Part shown: piece after piece, positions 1 to 9,856 of the stretch | How the letters are laid out: each line of letters begins with the position of its first letter | How positions within the stretch are numbered: the stretch's first letter is position 1 | Assembly: GCA_035503835.1 (NCBI GenBank) | Contig: DATJSY010000009.1 | Span: 3,130-67,129 of the forward strand | Length of the DNA: 64,000 bases | Direction: 5' to 3' | Origin: Acidobacteriaceae bacterium | Lineage (GTDB): Bacteria; Acidobacteriota; Terriglobia; Terriglobales; Acidobacteriaceae | Made by a program: the position numbers and the translations under genes | The notes under the pieces: model-generated | Told to the model about the DNA's origin: nothing | The model's database searches: none | Seen by the model: the letters and a program-made list of their open reading frames with translations, nothing else

Positions 1-1951
1 TGGAATTATCGGAAAGGCGGTGCAGATCAATCAGGAGCCGTTCACGGTGATCGGAGTGGCTCCGCCGAAGTTTCGCGGGACGGAGCTGTTCTTTGTGCCA
101 GATTTGTGGGCGCCGATGGTCGACCAGCCGGAGCTGGCGGGCTGGGACGGGCTGGATCACCGCGGCAGCCACTTCCTGTGGGTAATCGGCCATCTGAAAG
201 CGGGCGTGACGCCCGGTCAGGCCACGGCGGACCTGAACACGATCGCGGCGTCGCTGGCGAAGGCGTATCCGAGCAGCGACGAGAAGCTCTCCTTCGTGCT
301 GGCGCGGCCGGGTCTGGTGGGTGATTATTTCGGGCGGCCGGCGCGGGCGTTTATGGCGGGCATGATGCTGCTGGCGGGGCTGATTCTGCTGGCGGCGTGC
401 GCGAACCTGGGCAGCCTGTTTGCGGCGCGGGCAGCGGACCGGGCGAAGGAAATCGCGGTGCGCATGGCGCTGGGTTCGCGACGCAGGCTGGTGGTACGGC
501 AACTGCTGACGGAGGCGATCCTGATCTCGCTGGCGGGCGGTGCGCTGGGGCTGCTGGTCGGCATGTGGATTCTGCGCTGGCTGAGCCTGTGGCGCCCCAT
601 TCCGAATATTCCCATCAATGTGCCGGTGAATCCTGATCTGACGACGTACGCCGTGGCGCTGGGGCTGGCACTGCTGAGCGGGTTCCTCTTCGGCATTGTG
701 CCGGTGCGGCAGGTGATGCGGTCGAATCCCTATCAGGTCATTCGCGCCGGTGCGCTGGGCGTAACAGGATCACGGCGCTTCACTCTGCGCGATCTGCTGC
801 TGGCGGGACAAATTGCGATCTGTGCGGTGCTGGTGACGTCGTCGCTGGTGGCGGTGCGGGGATTGGTGCGGTCGCTGCACAGCAATTTCGGGTTCGACCC
901 GAATCACGTGATGCTGGTCAGCGTCGATCTGCACATGGCCGGCTACAAGGGCGATCAGGCGACGCAGATGGAACGCCGGATGCGGGATGCAGCGGCGGAT
1001 ATCCCGGGCGTGACGAACGCCGCTTATGCGGGCGACCTTCCCCTGGAGCTGGGCGGAGGCAGCGACACCTACGCATATCGGGAGAGCGTCACGGATTTTC
1101 GGCCCTCGAATGCGGTCACGGACGCAGACGATTACGATGTTTCTCCTGGTTACTTCCGAACTGCCGGCACGGTGCTGATGAGAGGACGGGGCTTTACGTG
1201 GCACGACGATGCGAAGACGCCTGGCGTTGCGATCGTGAATGAGACCTTCGCCCGTAAAGTTTTCGGCTCGGTGCAGAAAGCCCCTGGCAGCGACTTCAGG
1301 GTCTGGAACGGAGTCAGGAAGGAAGTGGTCGGGGTGGTGCAGGACGGTAAGTACAAATCGCTGACGGAGAGGCCGCAGGCGGTGATGTTTTTCCCCATCC
1401 TGCAGGAGACGGATTCGGAGTTTTATCTGCTGGTCCGTTCCGACCGCGATCCGCGGGAGACTGCGGGAGCTCTGGAACGGACGCTGCACGGACTGGACCC
1501 CGGTCTGCCGCTGACGATTCAGACCTGGAACCGCGAGATGGATTCGGCACTGTTTCCGGCGCGCGTGGCCACGGTGGCTCTCGGGGTGCTGGGGCTGCTG
1601 GGCGCGATGCTGGCGGTGACGGGGATTTTCGGCATGGCGTCGTATGTGGTGAGCAAGCGGCTGCGGGAGCTGGGGATCCGCGTGGCGCTGGGTGCGGGAC
1701 AGCAGGAAGTGCTGCGGGCGGCGCTGGGACGGGCGTTCCGCCTGCTGGCGCTTGGATCCGCAGCGGGGATCGTGCTGGGCCTGCTGGCGACGAAGGTTCT
1801 GAGCTACATCGTGTACCAGGCCACGCCGAAGGATCCGGTGGTGCTGGCCGGGGTGGTGCTGACGATGCTGGCGCTGGGGCTGCTGGCGGCGTGGATTCCG
1901 GCGCGGAAGGCGCTGGCGGTGGATCCGATGATTCTGCTGCGGGACGAGTAG
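1..1951 (+). CDS. MacB/FtsX-type ABC permease, acidobacterial duplicated orphan permease (ADOP)-like; 5' end lies outside the window
   Basis: The frame is open from nt 2 (GIIGKAVQINQEPFTVIGV...). There are two FtsX-like TM blocks (..KEIAVRMALGSRRRLVVRQLL.. and ..RELGIRVALGAGQQEVL..) separated by a MacB-like periplasmic domain. No ATPase gene is adjacent. Confidence 0.8.
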   Translation, partial: GIIGKAVQINQEPFTVIGVAPPKFRGTELFFVPDLWAPMVDQPELAGWDGLDHRGSHFLWVIGHLKAGVTPGQATADLNTIAASLAKAYPSSDEKLSFVLARPGLVGDYFGRPARAFMAGMMLLAGLILLAACANLGSLFAARAADRAKEIAVRMALGSRRRLVVRQLLTEAILISLAGGALGLLVGMWILRWLSLWRPIPNIPINVPVNPDLTTYAVALGLALLSGFLFGIVPVRQVMRSNPYQVIRAGALGVTGSRRFTLRDLLLAGQIAICAVLVTSSLVAVRGLVRSLHSNFGFDPNHVMLVSVDLHMAGYKGDQATQMERRMRDAAADIPGVTNAAYAGDLPLELGGGSDTYAYRESVTDFRPSNAVTDADDYDVSPGYFRTAGTVLMRGRGFTWHDDAKTPGVAIVNETFARKVFGSVQKAPGSDFRVWNGVRKEVVGVVQDGKYKSLTERPQAVMFFPILQETDSEFYLLVRSDRDPRETAGALERTLHGLDPGLPLTIQTWNREMDSALFPARVATVALGVLGLLGAMLAVTGIFGMASYVVSKRLRELGIRVALGAGQQEVLRAALGRAFRLLALGSAAGIVLGLLATKVLSYIVYQATPKDPVVLAGVVLTMLALGLLAAWIPARKALAVDPMILLRDE

Positions 1952-1976
1952 GAGCGGAAGTTCGGCGGCGGACTGA

Positions 1977-2390
1977 TCACTCCTGCCACGGGTTCAGCAG
2001 GCGGATGCCCGCTAAGGAGAAATCCTGCGTGTTGCGAGTGACCACCGTCATTCGGTGAGTCAACGCGGTAGCCGCAATCAGCGCATCGCGATCGGAGCGG
2101 CGGTCGGGAACGTGGAGAAGGGCGCATCTGCGCACAATCGGCAGGTCGACGGGAAGGAGACGGCCCTCAAAGGCTGGCAAAAGCTGATCCTCGAACCACG
2201 AGCGCAGCATCGCTCCCTGCGCAGGATCGCGGCGCTCCGCCAGCAGAACGCCGATCTCGATCTCGAGAGCCGAGACGACAGAGAGGTAAAGATCAGCGGC
2301 GGAAACGCGAACCGCCCAGCGTCGCACGCCGGGATTGGCCTTCCGGGCTTTGCGCAGCTCCGAGACAATGTTGGTGTCGAGCAGAAACAT
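1977..2390 (-). CDS. vapC: PIN-domain toxin (VapC/FitB-like)
   Basis: I used the internal ATG at 2388-2390 of the 243-aa track ORF. The product MFLLDTNIVSELRK...ALIAATALTHRMTVVTRNTQDF has the PIN layout. Its start overlaps the upstream antitoxin stop as ATGA. Confidence 0.8.
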   Translation of the reverse strand: MFLLDTNIVSELRKARKANPGVRRWAVRVSAADLYLSVVSALEIEIGVLLAERRDPAQGAMLRSWFEDQLLPAFEGRLLPVDLPIVRRCALLHVPDRRSDRDALIAATALTHRMTVVTRNTQDFSLAGIRLLNPWQE

Positions 2391-2641
2391 CAGAAACCCG
2401 CCGAGCGGTGCAAGTCGTCCAGGCGGGGCGGTTCGAAACCGATCTCCGCAGCCTTCGGGTCCGCCAGCAGATCCGCAATGCTCCGGCCTTTTCCGGCAAT
2501 CCTCTGGTACTCCTCGATCGAGAGCAGGACATGGGCGGGGCGGCCGCGGTCGGTGATGATCACAGGGCCCCTGCCGGCCGCACGTTTGGCTCGTCCCACA
2601 TCCTGATTGAATTCGCGGCTGCTGAGGGTCGTGATCCGCAT
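2390..2641 (-). CDS. Phd/YefM-family type II antitoxin
   Basis: The 83-aa product has the N-terminal signature TLSSREFNQDVGRAKRAAGRGPVIITDRGRPAHVLLSIEEYQRI. GGAG lies 5 nt upstream of the ATG. Confidence 0.75.
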   Translation of the reverse strand: MRITTLSSREFNQDVGRAKRAAGRGPVIITDRGRPAHVLLSIEEYQRIAGKGRSIADLLADPKAAEIGFEPPRLDDLHRSAGF

Positions 2642-2651
2642 GGCAACTCCA

Positions 2652-2671
2652 ATGTAGCAATGTTACTACAT
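2652..2671. promoter_or_regulatory. Imperfect 20-bp palindrome, candidate antitoxin operator
   Basis: ATGTAGCAATGTTACTACAT matches in 8 of 10 arm positions. It sits in the only AT-rich patch, 10 nt upstream of the antitoxin ATG. Confidence 0.4.
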
Positions 2672-2788
2672 TTTTCGGGAGGGATGCATTTCGGGTCTTC
2701 GTGAGCACGATTTGGGCGGCGCGCGGCTCCGGGATCGCGGATTTTCCTGTAAACTGAAGATTCGCAATCTCCCAACAGGATCAAGCCT

Positions 2789-3142
2789 ATGTCGATACAC
2801 CCCGTCATGCAGCGCCTTGCCGATAAGCTGAACCGCACCGATCTGCCCCCCTTTGCGCCAGGCGACACAGTGCGCGTCCAGGTGAGGATCAAAGAAGGCG
2901 ACAAGGAACGTCTCCAGGCGTTTGAGGGCGTTGTCATTGCCCGCAAGAACGGCCCCCAGGGCAGCTTTACCGTGCGCAAGATGAGCTTCGGGCAGGGCGT
3001 GGAGCGCATTTTCCCCTTCAACAGCAGGGTCATCGACAAGGTGGAGACCATCCGCTCGTCGAAAGTGCGGCGGGCCCGGCTGTTCTACCTGCGCGGGCTG
3101 CGCGGCAAGGCGGCGCGGCTGAAGGAAGTGGAGCGGGCTTAG
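2789..3142 (+). CDS. rplS: 50S ribosomal protein L19
   Basis: ..[61 protein letters not shown] is a canonical L19 sequence. Confidence 0.95.
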   Translation: MSIHPVMQRLADKLNRTDLPPFAPGDTVRVQVRIKEGDKERLQAFEGVVIARKNGPQGSFTVRKMSFGQGVERIFPFNSRVIDKVETIRSSKVRRARLFYLRGLRGKAARLKEVERA

Positions 3143-3344
3143 AGCCAGTAGTCGGCTGCCAACCGCCAGCCCGTAGCCGGCAGCGATCACCGGCGAGTCA
3201 GGAAAAACCATCCATCAGGTTCTGCGGCGCCTCGGCGGACGTGTGTAGGCCGGGGCGTTGCCGCGTCGCGTCTCCGCATGTTGGGTTAACATCTCATATC
3301 CCTGGCGCGCAGCGGGTGACTGCGCGGGAGAGAGGTGAGACGCC

Positions 3345-3881
3345 ATGGCCGAGGAGCTGCATCCCGCCGGTCCCGGAAAGACGCGCGTGCCCAGGAGCGC
3401 GCTGCTGGCGGTGGGGATCGCGGTCGCAGCGGCTCTGGTTTGGTGGGCTCTTCACCGTTCGCGGGAGGCGCTCTGGAACGACCAGGCGATCACTGCGCGT
3501 TTTGTGGAGCTGAGCGTGGCCAGGGGACAGACGGATGTGCACCTCGTCCTCCGCTACGAGCTGACCAACCGGACGGGGCAGAAGTACCGGATGCAGAAGC
3601 CGACCTATGGCGAGCTGATGCGGAGGACGCCGGACGGATCCATGAAGGAAGTGGATTCCGTGGAGTGGGATCAGGGGACGCCGGTTCCGCCGCATGGCAC
3701 CGCAGTCGAGCAGCTCGACGTAGCGATGGATCCCCTGCAATACGACATCGATCTTGACGAGCTGAAAAACCACGACAAGCTGGTGGATTTCGAGAAGCGG
3801 CGCCTCCAGGAGATGCGCGGGCTGGTTTTTCTGGATTACATGCGTCGCTACCGGATCGAGCTGCCGCGGGGCTGGCAGTAG
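3345..3881 (+). CDS. Hypothetical single-pass membrane-anchored protein
   Basis: There is an N-terminal TM segment (ALLAVGIAVAAALVWWAL). AGAGGTG lies 7 nt upstream of the ATG. Third-position GC looks coding-like. I recognise no family. Confidence 0.55.
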   Translation: MAEELHPAGPGKTRVPRSALLAVGIAVAAALVWWALHRSREALWNDQAITARFVELSVARGQTDVHLVLRYELTNRTGQKYRMQKPTYGELMRRTPDGSMKEVDSVEWDQGTPVPPHGTAVEQLDVAMDPLQYDIDLDELKNHDKLVDFEKRRLQEMRGLVFLDYMRRYRIELPRGWQ

Positions 3882-4119
3882 GGACTGGCCGTCCAGGCGA
3901 TCGCGCTTCGCCGAAAACAGCGGAAACAGGTGTGACCCGCTGATTTCGATTCTGCCGGGACGTGTTCCCTTTGGCGACCCGGATTTCCACGGGCATCCGC
4001 AGGGGGCGCGGCGATACACTCGGGGCATGGAGCGGAATCCGCAGCCGGGCGCCGAACCGATTGTCAGGCCGCGCAGCAGGCGCGCCGCAGATGAGGAAGT
4101 CTCCGCGGCGACGCGCAAG

Positions 4120-4800
4120 ATGCGGATGCTGCGCTCGCTGGCCTGCGGGAATAAATACGAAAAGCTGGCGCGCGCTCAGGGAGCGGCGCTGATTGCGGGC
4201 GTGGATGAGGTCGGTCGCGGAGCTCTGTTCGGCCCGGTCGTCGCCGCGGCGGTGATTCTGCCGCCGGATACGCGGATTCGCGGATTGCGCGACTCGAAGC
4301 AACTGCTGCAGGAGGATCGCGAGCGGCTGGCGAAGATTGTGGAGTCGCGTGCGATCGCCGTCGCGATTGAGGAGGTCGACGCGGAGACCATCGACCGCGT
4401 GAACATCTGTCAGGCGTCGCGAATGGCGATGACGGCTGCGGTGCTGCGCCTCGAGCCGCAGCCGGATCATCTGCTGATCGACGCGCTGCGGCTGGACCTG
4501 CCGCATGCGCAGACCAGCATTATTTACGGCGACTCGCTGAGTATTTCGATTGCGGCGGCGTCGGTGGTGGCGAAGGTGTATCGCGACCGGCGCATGTGCG
4601 AGCTGGACGCGCAGTATCCCGGCTACGGCCTGGCGTCGCACAAAGGGTACGCGACGCCGGAGCATCGCCTGGCGCTCAGGAATCTTGGACCCTGCCCGCT
4701 GCATCGAAGAAGCTTCACGCCCGTGGCGCAGACGGAATTGCCGTGGGAGGATTTTCCTGCCGAGGATGAAGTCATTTGTCTCGTCGACTCCTCTGTGTAA
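4120..4800 (+). CDS. rnhB: Ribonuclease HII
   Basis: IAGVDEVGRGALFGPVVAAAVILP...DSKQL...AASVVAKVYRD...GYGLASHKGYATPEH. I chose the internal ATG at 4120 because RNase HII normally has only a short N-terminus before the (I/V)AGVDE block. The exact start is uncertain. Confidence 0.85.
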   Translation: MRMLRSLACGNKYEKLARAQGAALIAGVDEVGRGALFGPVVAAAVILPPDTRIRGLRDSKQLLQEDRERLAKIVESRAIAVAIEEVDAETIDRVNICQASRMAMTAAVLRLEPQPDHLLIDALRLDLPHAQTSIIYGDSLSISIAAASVVAKVYRDRRMCELDAQYPGYGLASHKGYATPEHRLALRNLGPCPLHRRSFTPVAQTELPWEDFPAEDEVICLVDSSV

Positions 4801-5528
4801 CCGCGCACCCCGATGACGAGAGCGGCGCCTTTGGCGGCGCGCTGCTGCTGGCCCACCAGGCCGGGGCGGAAACCCGCGTGCTGTGCTTTACCGATGGGCA
4901 GGCCGCGCACTTTCGCGGCGATGTGGCGGCCGGTGAGGACCTGGGCAGGATACGGCGCGAGGAAATGGCCGCCGCGTGCGCAGTTCTGGGCGTAACGCAG
5001 CATGAGGTGCTGCATTTTCCCGACGGCGCGCTCTGCCAGCAGAGTTTTCTGGAAATGGCCGGGGTCGTGGTGGACAGGATCCGGCGCTGGCGGCCGCATG
5101 TGGTGCTGACCTTTGGCGCCGATGGTGGCGTGAACCTGCACCGCGACCACACGATGATCTCCGCGGTAGCGACGGCCGCGTTCCACTGGGCGGCGCGGCC
5201 GGAGCTGTTCCCCGGCGACGCGCCGGCGTGGACGCCGTCCAGGCTGTACCTCGCGAGCACGCCGTTTGTCTCGGTTCGGGATCGTCCGGAGCTGACTGGG
5301 TCGCCGACCACACCGTGGTCGCTGACGCTCGAACTGGGCGAGCTCGCGGAGCGCAAAGCGGAGGCATTCAGCCGGCATCACTCGCAGCAGGGCGTGCTGA
5401 AACGCGTGGGGAAGGACCGCATCCGGCAGATGCGATTCGAGCGCTATCTGCTGGCGGCAAAACGGGGAATTTCTGCGGTCACGGAAGATGTGTCGATGCT
5501 CACAGACATCCCTGAGGACGGGGGCTAG
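4776..5528 (+). CDS. PIG-L/LmbE-family N-acetylglucosaminyl deacetylase
   Basis: RLLCVTAHPDDESGAFGGALL...VLTFGADGGVNLHRDH. The gene overlaps the rnhB 3' end by 25 nt. Confidence 0.8.
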   Translation: MSRRLLCVTAHPDDESGAFGGALLLAHQAGAETRVLCFTDGQAAHFRGDVAAGEDLGRIRREEMAAACAVLGVTQHEVLHFPDGALCQQSFLEMAGVVVDRIRRWRPHVVLTFGADGGVNLHRDHTMISAVATAAFHWAARPELFPGDAPAWTPSRLYLASTPFVSVRDRPELTGSPTTPWSLTLELGELAERKAEAFSRHHSQQGVLKRVGKDRIRQMRFERYLLAAKRGISAVTEDVSMLTDIPEDGG

Positions 5529-5602
5529 GCTCAAAGGTTTGCCGGAGGGTGGCCGTGATGGCACGCTAACACCCGGCACAATTCCCGCAGACGAGGCCCT
5601 CT

Positions 5603-7282
5603 ATGCCGGAATCCGCGATTCGCACGAAACTCACCGGTTTTGCTCTGCTGAATTCTCCGCGCCTGAACAAAGGCACCGCGTTTACCGCGGAGGAGCGCGA
5701 CTCCTTCGATCTGCATGGGCTGCTGCCGCCGCATGTGGGGACGCTCGAGGAGCAGATTGTCCGGCGCAAGAAGGTCTTCGATCAGTTTGAGACCCCGTTT
5801 GAGAAGTACAGCTTCCTTCGCGATCTGCAGGACATCAACGAGACGCTGTTCTACGCGCTGGTTACGCGCTACGTGCGGGAGATGCTGCCCATCGTGTACA
5901 CGCCGACAGTGGGCGAGGGATGCCAGCGCTTCAGCGAGATCTGGCGCAAGCCGCGGGGGCTGTTCCTGAGCTATCCCAACCGGGAGCGGATCGAAAAGAT
6001 CCTCAGCCACAAGCGCTACGACGAGGTGAAGTGCATCGTGGTCAGCGACGGCGAGCGGATTCTGGGACTGGGCGATCAGGGCGCGGGCGGCATGGGCATC
6101 CCGATCGGGAAGATGGCGCTCTACACCGCGCTGGGAGGTATCCATCACGCCCATTGCCTGCCGGTGCTGCTGGATGTCGGCACGGACGGCGAGGAGCGGC
6201 TGGAAAATCCGCTGTACATCGGCTGGCGGCACAAGCGGGTGCGGGGCGCGGACTACGACGCGTTTATTGAGACCTTCGTTGCGGCGGTCGAGAGGCGCTG
6301 GCCGCACGTGCTGCTGCAGTGGGAGGACTTCGCGGGATCGAATGCGGCCCGGCTGCTGGCCCGGTATAAGGACCGGCTTTGCACGTTCAATGACGACATT
6401 CAGGGAACCGCGGCGGTGGTGCTGGCTGCGCTGTTCGCTGCCATGAAAGCGGCAGGGACGAAGCTGCGGGATCAGCGTGTGGCGATCGTTGGATTCGGAT
6501 CGGCGGGGATCGGCATTGCGAACCTGCTGGTGAAGGCGCTGACGGATGAGGGGATGAGCGAGCGGGAGGCGCGCGGTCGCGTGTATCCCATTGGGCGGCC
6601 GGGGCTGCTGGTGGAGGGTGCGGACGGGATTCATCCGGAGCAGAAGGATTTTGTTCACTCGCGCAGGGACCTCGACGGCTGGCAGGTGCAGGATCCGAAG
6701 AAGGTCACCCTCGAAGAAACGGTGCGCAGCGGGAAGATCACGGTGCTGATCGGCGTGGCGGCGAAGGCAGGGATGTTCACCGAGGAAGCGGTGCGCGCGA
6801 TGACGAAGAACACGGAGCGGCCCATTGTGTTTCCGCTGTCGAATCCGACGTCGAAGAGCGAGGCTGTGCCGGAAGACATCCTGCAGTGGACGGAGGGCAA
6901 GGCGCTGATCGGGACAGGCAGTCCGTTTGAGCCGGTGAGGTTCGGCGGGCGCACAATCTGTATCGATCAGACGAACAATTCCTACGTTTTCCCGGGGCTG
7001 GCGCTGGGAATTGTGGCGGCGCAGGCGAAGCGCGTTTCGGACGGGATGATCATGACGGCGGCGCGGGCGCTGGCGAAGCTGTCGCCGGTGGAGCAGGATC
7101 GCAACGCGAACCTGCTGCCGCCGATGGCGAAGTCGCGGGAGATCAGCCGCTCGATTGCGATTGCAGCTGCCCGGCAGGCGATCGCGGAGGGGCTGTCGGA
7201 CCTGCAAGACAAGGACGTGGATGCGGCCGTGGCGGCGAATGTGTGGGAGCCGGTCTACGTGCCGTACGAGCGCGAAGAGTAA
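5603..7282 (+). CDS. maeA: NAD-dependent malic enzyme
   Basis: LNKGTAFTAEERDSFDLHGLLPP...VVSDGERILGLGDQGAGGMGIPIGK...FNDDIQGTAAV...FPLSNPT is a full-length malic enzyme layout. Confidence 0.9.
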   Translation: MPESAIRTKLTGFALLNSPRLNKGTAFTAEERDSFDLHGLLPPHVGTLEEQIVRRKKVFDQFETPFEKYSFLRDLQDINETLFYALVTRYVREMLPIVYTPTVGEGCQRFSEIWRKPRGLFLSYPNRERIEKILSHKRYDEVKCIVVSDGERILGLGDQGAGGMGIPIGKMALYTALGGIHHAHCLPVLLDVGTDGEERLENPLYIGWRHKRVRGADYDAFIETFVAAVERRWPHVLLQWEDFAGSNAARLLARYKDRLCTFNDDIQGTAAVVLAALFAAMKAAGTKLRDQRVAIVGFGSAGIGIANLLVKALTDEGMSEREARGRVYPIGRPGLLVEGADGIHPEQKDFVHSRRDLDGWQVQDPKKVTLEETVRSGKITVLIGVAAKAGMFTEEAVRAMTKNTERPIVFPLSNPTSKSEAVPEDILQWTEGKALIGTGSPFEPVRFGGRTICIDQTNNSYVFPGLALGIVAAQAKRVSDGMIMTAARALAKLSPVEQDRNANLLPPMAKSREISRSIAIAAARQAIAEGLSDLQDKDVDAAVAANVWEPVYVPYEREE

Positions 7283-7285
7283 TTC

Positions 7286-7729
7286 TCAGGCCAGAGCCGC
7301 GGCGATGTGCGGCGATTCGCAGTGCGCCTTGAGGCTGCGCGCCTCGGTGCGGAGATAATCGCAGATGCGCTTCGCGTACATGCTGCCGAGAACGCCGCCG
7401 AGCAGGCCTTCCGTTGAGAAGGTAAGCTCGACCTCGGTGCCGCTGGCATCGGAGGCGGTCATGCGGTGGTCGGCGATCATCGTTGCGCCGGGGGCTTTCT
7501 GCACCCAGGTAAAGGCCTGGTGCGGCACGCACTCCGTGACCTCGTAGACAGCCGGGCGCAGTTTGGGCTGGATGATGCGATAGCGCGACCCGACATGGAA
7601 GCCGTGGTTGGTGAGCGGCTGCACGTCGAGGACGGTGGGGGTCCAGTGCGGCCAGCGCTCGACGTCGGCGAGGACCTGCCAGATGGCGGCGGGGCTGGCC
7701 TGGATGATGACGCGTGCGACGGAATGCAT
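7286..7729 (-). CDS. SRPBCC (polyketide cyclase/dehydrase-like) family protein
   Basis: The N-terminus VARVIIQASPAAIWQVLADVERWPHWTPTV is typical of SRPBCC/START-like proteins. Confidence 0.7.
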   Translation of the reverse strand: MHSVARVIIQASPAAIWQVLADVERWPHWTPTVLDVQPLTNHGFHVGSRYRIIQPKLRPAVYEVTECVPHQAFTWVQKAPGATMIADHRMTASDASGTEVELTFSTEGLLGGVLGSMYAKRICDYLRTEARSLKAHCESPHIAAALA

Positions 7730-7795
7730 GGGGATGCTCCTCCGGATTTGGATTTCACAGAGAGGTACGCGGGGAGCAAGGCGGCGGTTCCCGGA

Positions 7796-8455
7796 CTATT
7801 CGCTTCTGGCAAAGGCAGGCAGTACACGCAGCACGTCTTCCGGTTCGGGACGGACGCGGAAGTCCGCATGGGCCTGGGCGTAGAGGACCTGGCCGCCGGG
7901 ACCGAGGACGCAGGTCGCGGGCAGCGGCAGTTTCCAGCTCGGCTCGCCGTTGATGAAGGGAATGTTGAGCAGAATGCCGAGGTAGTAGCGACGGAGGTAG
8001 TCAGGCAGGGTCCAGACGAGGCCGAACTGCCCGGCGACCGCGCAGCCGGCGTCGGTGAGGATGGGGAACGGGATGGAGTGCTGGCTGGCGGTGAAGTCGG
8101 ACTGGCGCTGGGTTTGCGGCGAGATGCCGACGACCAGCGCGCCGCGCTCGCGCAGGGCCGGGTAGAGGTCACGCCAGGATTCGAGCTCGGTGACACAGTA
8201 CGGGCACCAGCGGCCGCGGAAGAAATTGACGATGAGCGGGCCGAGCGCGAGCAGGTCCGACGAGCGGACCAGCTTGCCGGAGAAATCAGGCAGGGAGAAA
8301 TCGGGCGCGGTGGCGCCGACGGGGAGGATGCGCTGCTCGATGCCCGTCGCGAAGAGCTCTTCGATGGAGCGCTCGCCGATGGCGAGGCGCTCCGGCTGCA
8401 CCAGGGTGCGGGTGCGGGCGGTGATCTCGTCGAGCTGGTCCTGGAGGTGCGCCAT
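7796..8455 (-). CDS. AhpC/TSA-family peroxiredoxin-like protein
   Basis: APDFSLPDFSGKLVRSSDLL..GPLIVNFFRGRWCPYCVTEL..GISPQT shows a thioredoxin fold with a WCPYC motif. Confidence 0.8.
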   Translation of the reverse strand: MAHLQDQLDEITARTRTLVQPERLAIGERSIEELFATGIEQRILPVGATAPDFSLPDFSGKLVRSSDLLALGPLIVNFFRGRWCPYCVTELESWRDLYPALRERGALVVGISPQTQRQSDFTASQHSIPFPILTDAGCAVAGQFGLVWTLPDYLRRYYLGILLNIPFINGEPSWKLPLPATCVLGPGGQVLYAQAHADFRVRPEPEDVLRVLPAFARSE

Positions 8456-8539
8456 ACATCCTTAGTGTAGATGGTGGACGGAGAGCGGGAAGGGTGGATC
8501 GGCGGACCTGGGGTTACTATGGGGTGCAGGAGCAAGCCC

Positions 8540-9847
8540 ATGGTGAAGATCCGAGGGTTGCAGCGTGTGACGGTGGCAGTTCTGCTGAGTGCTGCGGCCT
8601 CGGCCTGGGCGCGGGCTCCAGTGACAGTGACGGTTCAGGTGGAGAACAGAAAAGGGGCCATAGTGCCGGGCGCTCCGTTGAAAATATATCCTCGATACGG
8701 CGGTGAGTTTCAAAAACTCCCGGGTGGCGGATCGCAAGAGGTCGCCATCGAGGCGAGCACCGATTCGCATGGCCGATTCACGATTACGCTTCGCCCAGGC
8801 GATTATGAGGTCTGTGCGTCAGCTGGATTCACAGGAGAAATGTGGGCGCAGTTGACAGTTGCGCCTGGCGTGCGCGGCCCTGTCGTGCTGCGTGCGAAAT
8901 CTATCGGGGTCCAGGTGGAGGTCGTTCCAGTTGCTCTTCCCCTCCTGACAAAATCGACGCTCCGGACGACGATGATTCAGAGCGCCGCCAAGGCGGTCCA
9001 GCAGAATTCGGTGCCCGTGACGGTGCAGCTCACCGGCGCGGCGGACGCCACAGTTCCGGCGGCGGCTATTCAGGTTTTTCCGCAGGGGAAGGGCGCTGCC
9101 GAGGTTGTCAGGACCGGTGCCGACGGGCGAGCGACGGTGGCGCTCGATCCGGGCGAATACGACTTCGTCGTCCATGTGCCAGGCCTCGAAACAGTGAAGG
9201 AGCACTTATCCGTCACCAGAGCCATGGTGCTTCGCGTGGAACTGGCACCACCGCCTGCGGTGCCGGGGCCGCCTGCGCCGGAGCCGCCTCCGTCGCAGAT
9301 AATGCCCATGCTGCGGACGGCGATGATCTCAGTCGACGCGGCGGCGCAGGAGCAGAATCCTCCGGCCCATTCCGGCACGATGCCGCTGCACGCTCAGCCG
9401 GCAGTGGGGAACCAGGCTGCCGCTAATGTGCTGACGATCATTGCCGGGCCGCAGGAGCGCGGCGTGTTTACGCCGGCCACGCTGAAGGATTATCCGCATG
9501 TGACGGTGACCTTCTTCAACCACCACATCAGGAAGCAGCAGACGTATTCCGGGGTGCCGCTGATGGATCTGCTGGCGCCGCTGGGCGTGCCGCACGGCAA
9601 GACGCTGATGGGCAAAGCGCTGGCGGATTACATCGTGGCGACCGGGTCCGACGGCTACAGGACCGTGGTGGCGCTGGGCGAGATCGATCCGGCGTTTCAT
9701 CCGGGCGTGGTGCTGGTGGCGGACACGCTGGACGGCAAGCCGCTGGGCGCGAAGACGGGACCTTTCCGGCTGGTGGTGAGCCTGGACAAGCGCCCGGCGC
9801 GAAGCGTGCGGAACCTGGTGGAGATTGAAGTGAAGAGGGCGGAATGA
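8540..9847 (+). CDS. Secreted protein with two carboxypeptidase-regulatory-like beta-sandwich repeats, a Pro-rich linker and a C-terminal oxidoreductase-molybdopterin-binding-like domain
   Basis: I used the internal ATG at 8540, which gives the signal peptide MVKIRGLQRVTVAVLLSAAASAWA. The repeats contain ..DSHGRFTITLRPGDYEV.. and ..GADGRATVALDPGEYDFVV... The C-terminus (YSGVPLMDLL...DGKPLGAKTGPFRLVV) resembles YedY/sulfite-oxidase-type Moco domains. Confidence 0.55.
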   Translation: MVKIRGLQRVTVAVLLSAAASAWARAPVTVTVQVENRKGAIVPGAPLKIYPRYGGEFQKLPGGGSQEVAIEASTDSHGRFTITLRPGDYEVCASAGFTGEMWAQLTVAPGVRGPVVLRAKSIGVQVEVVPVALPLLTKSTLRTTMIQSAAKAVQQNSVPVTVQLTGAADATVPAAAIQVFPQGKGAAEVVRTGADGRATVALDPGEYDFVVHVPGLETVKEHLSVTRAMVLRVELAPPPAVPGPPAPEPPPSQIMPMLRTAMISVDAAAQEQNPPAHSGTMPLHAQPAVGNQAAANVLTIIAGPQERGVFTPATLKDYPHVTVTFFNHHIRKQQTYSGVPLMDLLAPLGVPHGKTLMGKALADYIVATGSDGYRTVVALGEIDPAFHPGVVLVADTLDGKPLGAKTGPFRLVVSLDKRPARSVRNLVEIEVKRAE

Positions 9848-9856
9848 AAGCGCGGC

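Noticed and set aside
5531-7207. Very long antisense or alternative-frame ORFs. Examples are 5531-7207 (558 aa), 24553-26631 (692 aa), 26722-27954, 27975-29657, 45126-46820, 46658-48577, 52887-54866 and 55031-56893.
   Set aside because: Each lies opposite to, or out of frame with, a gene that has clear family motifs. Their products are Arg/Pro/Gly/Ala-rich and low in complexity with no motifs. They are typical shadow ORFs of GC-rich DNA.
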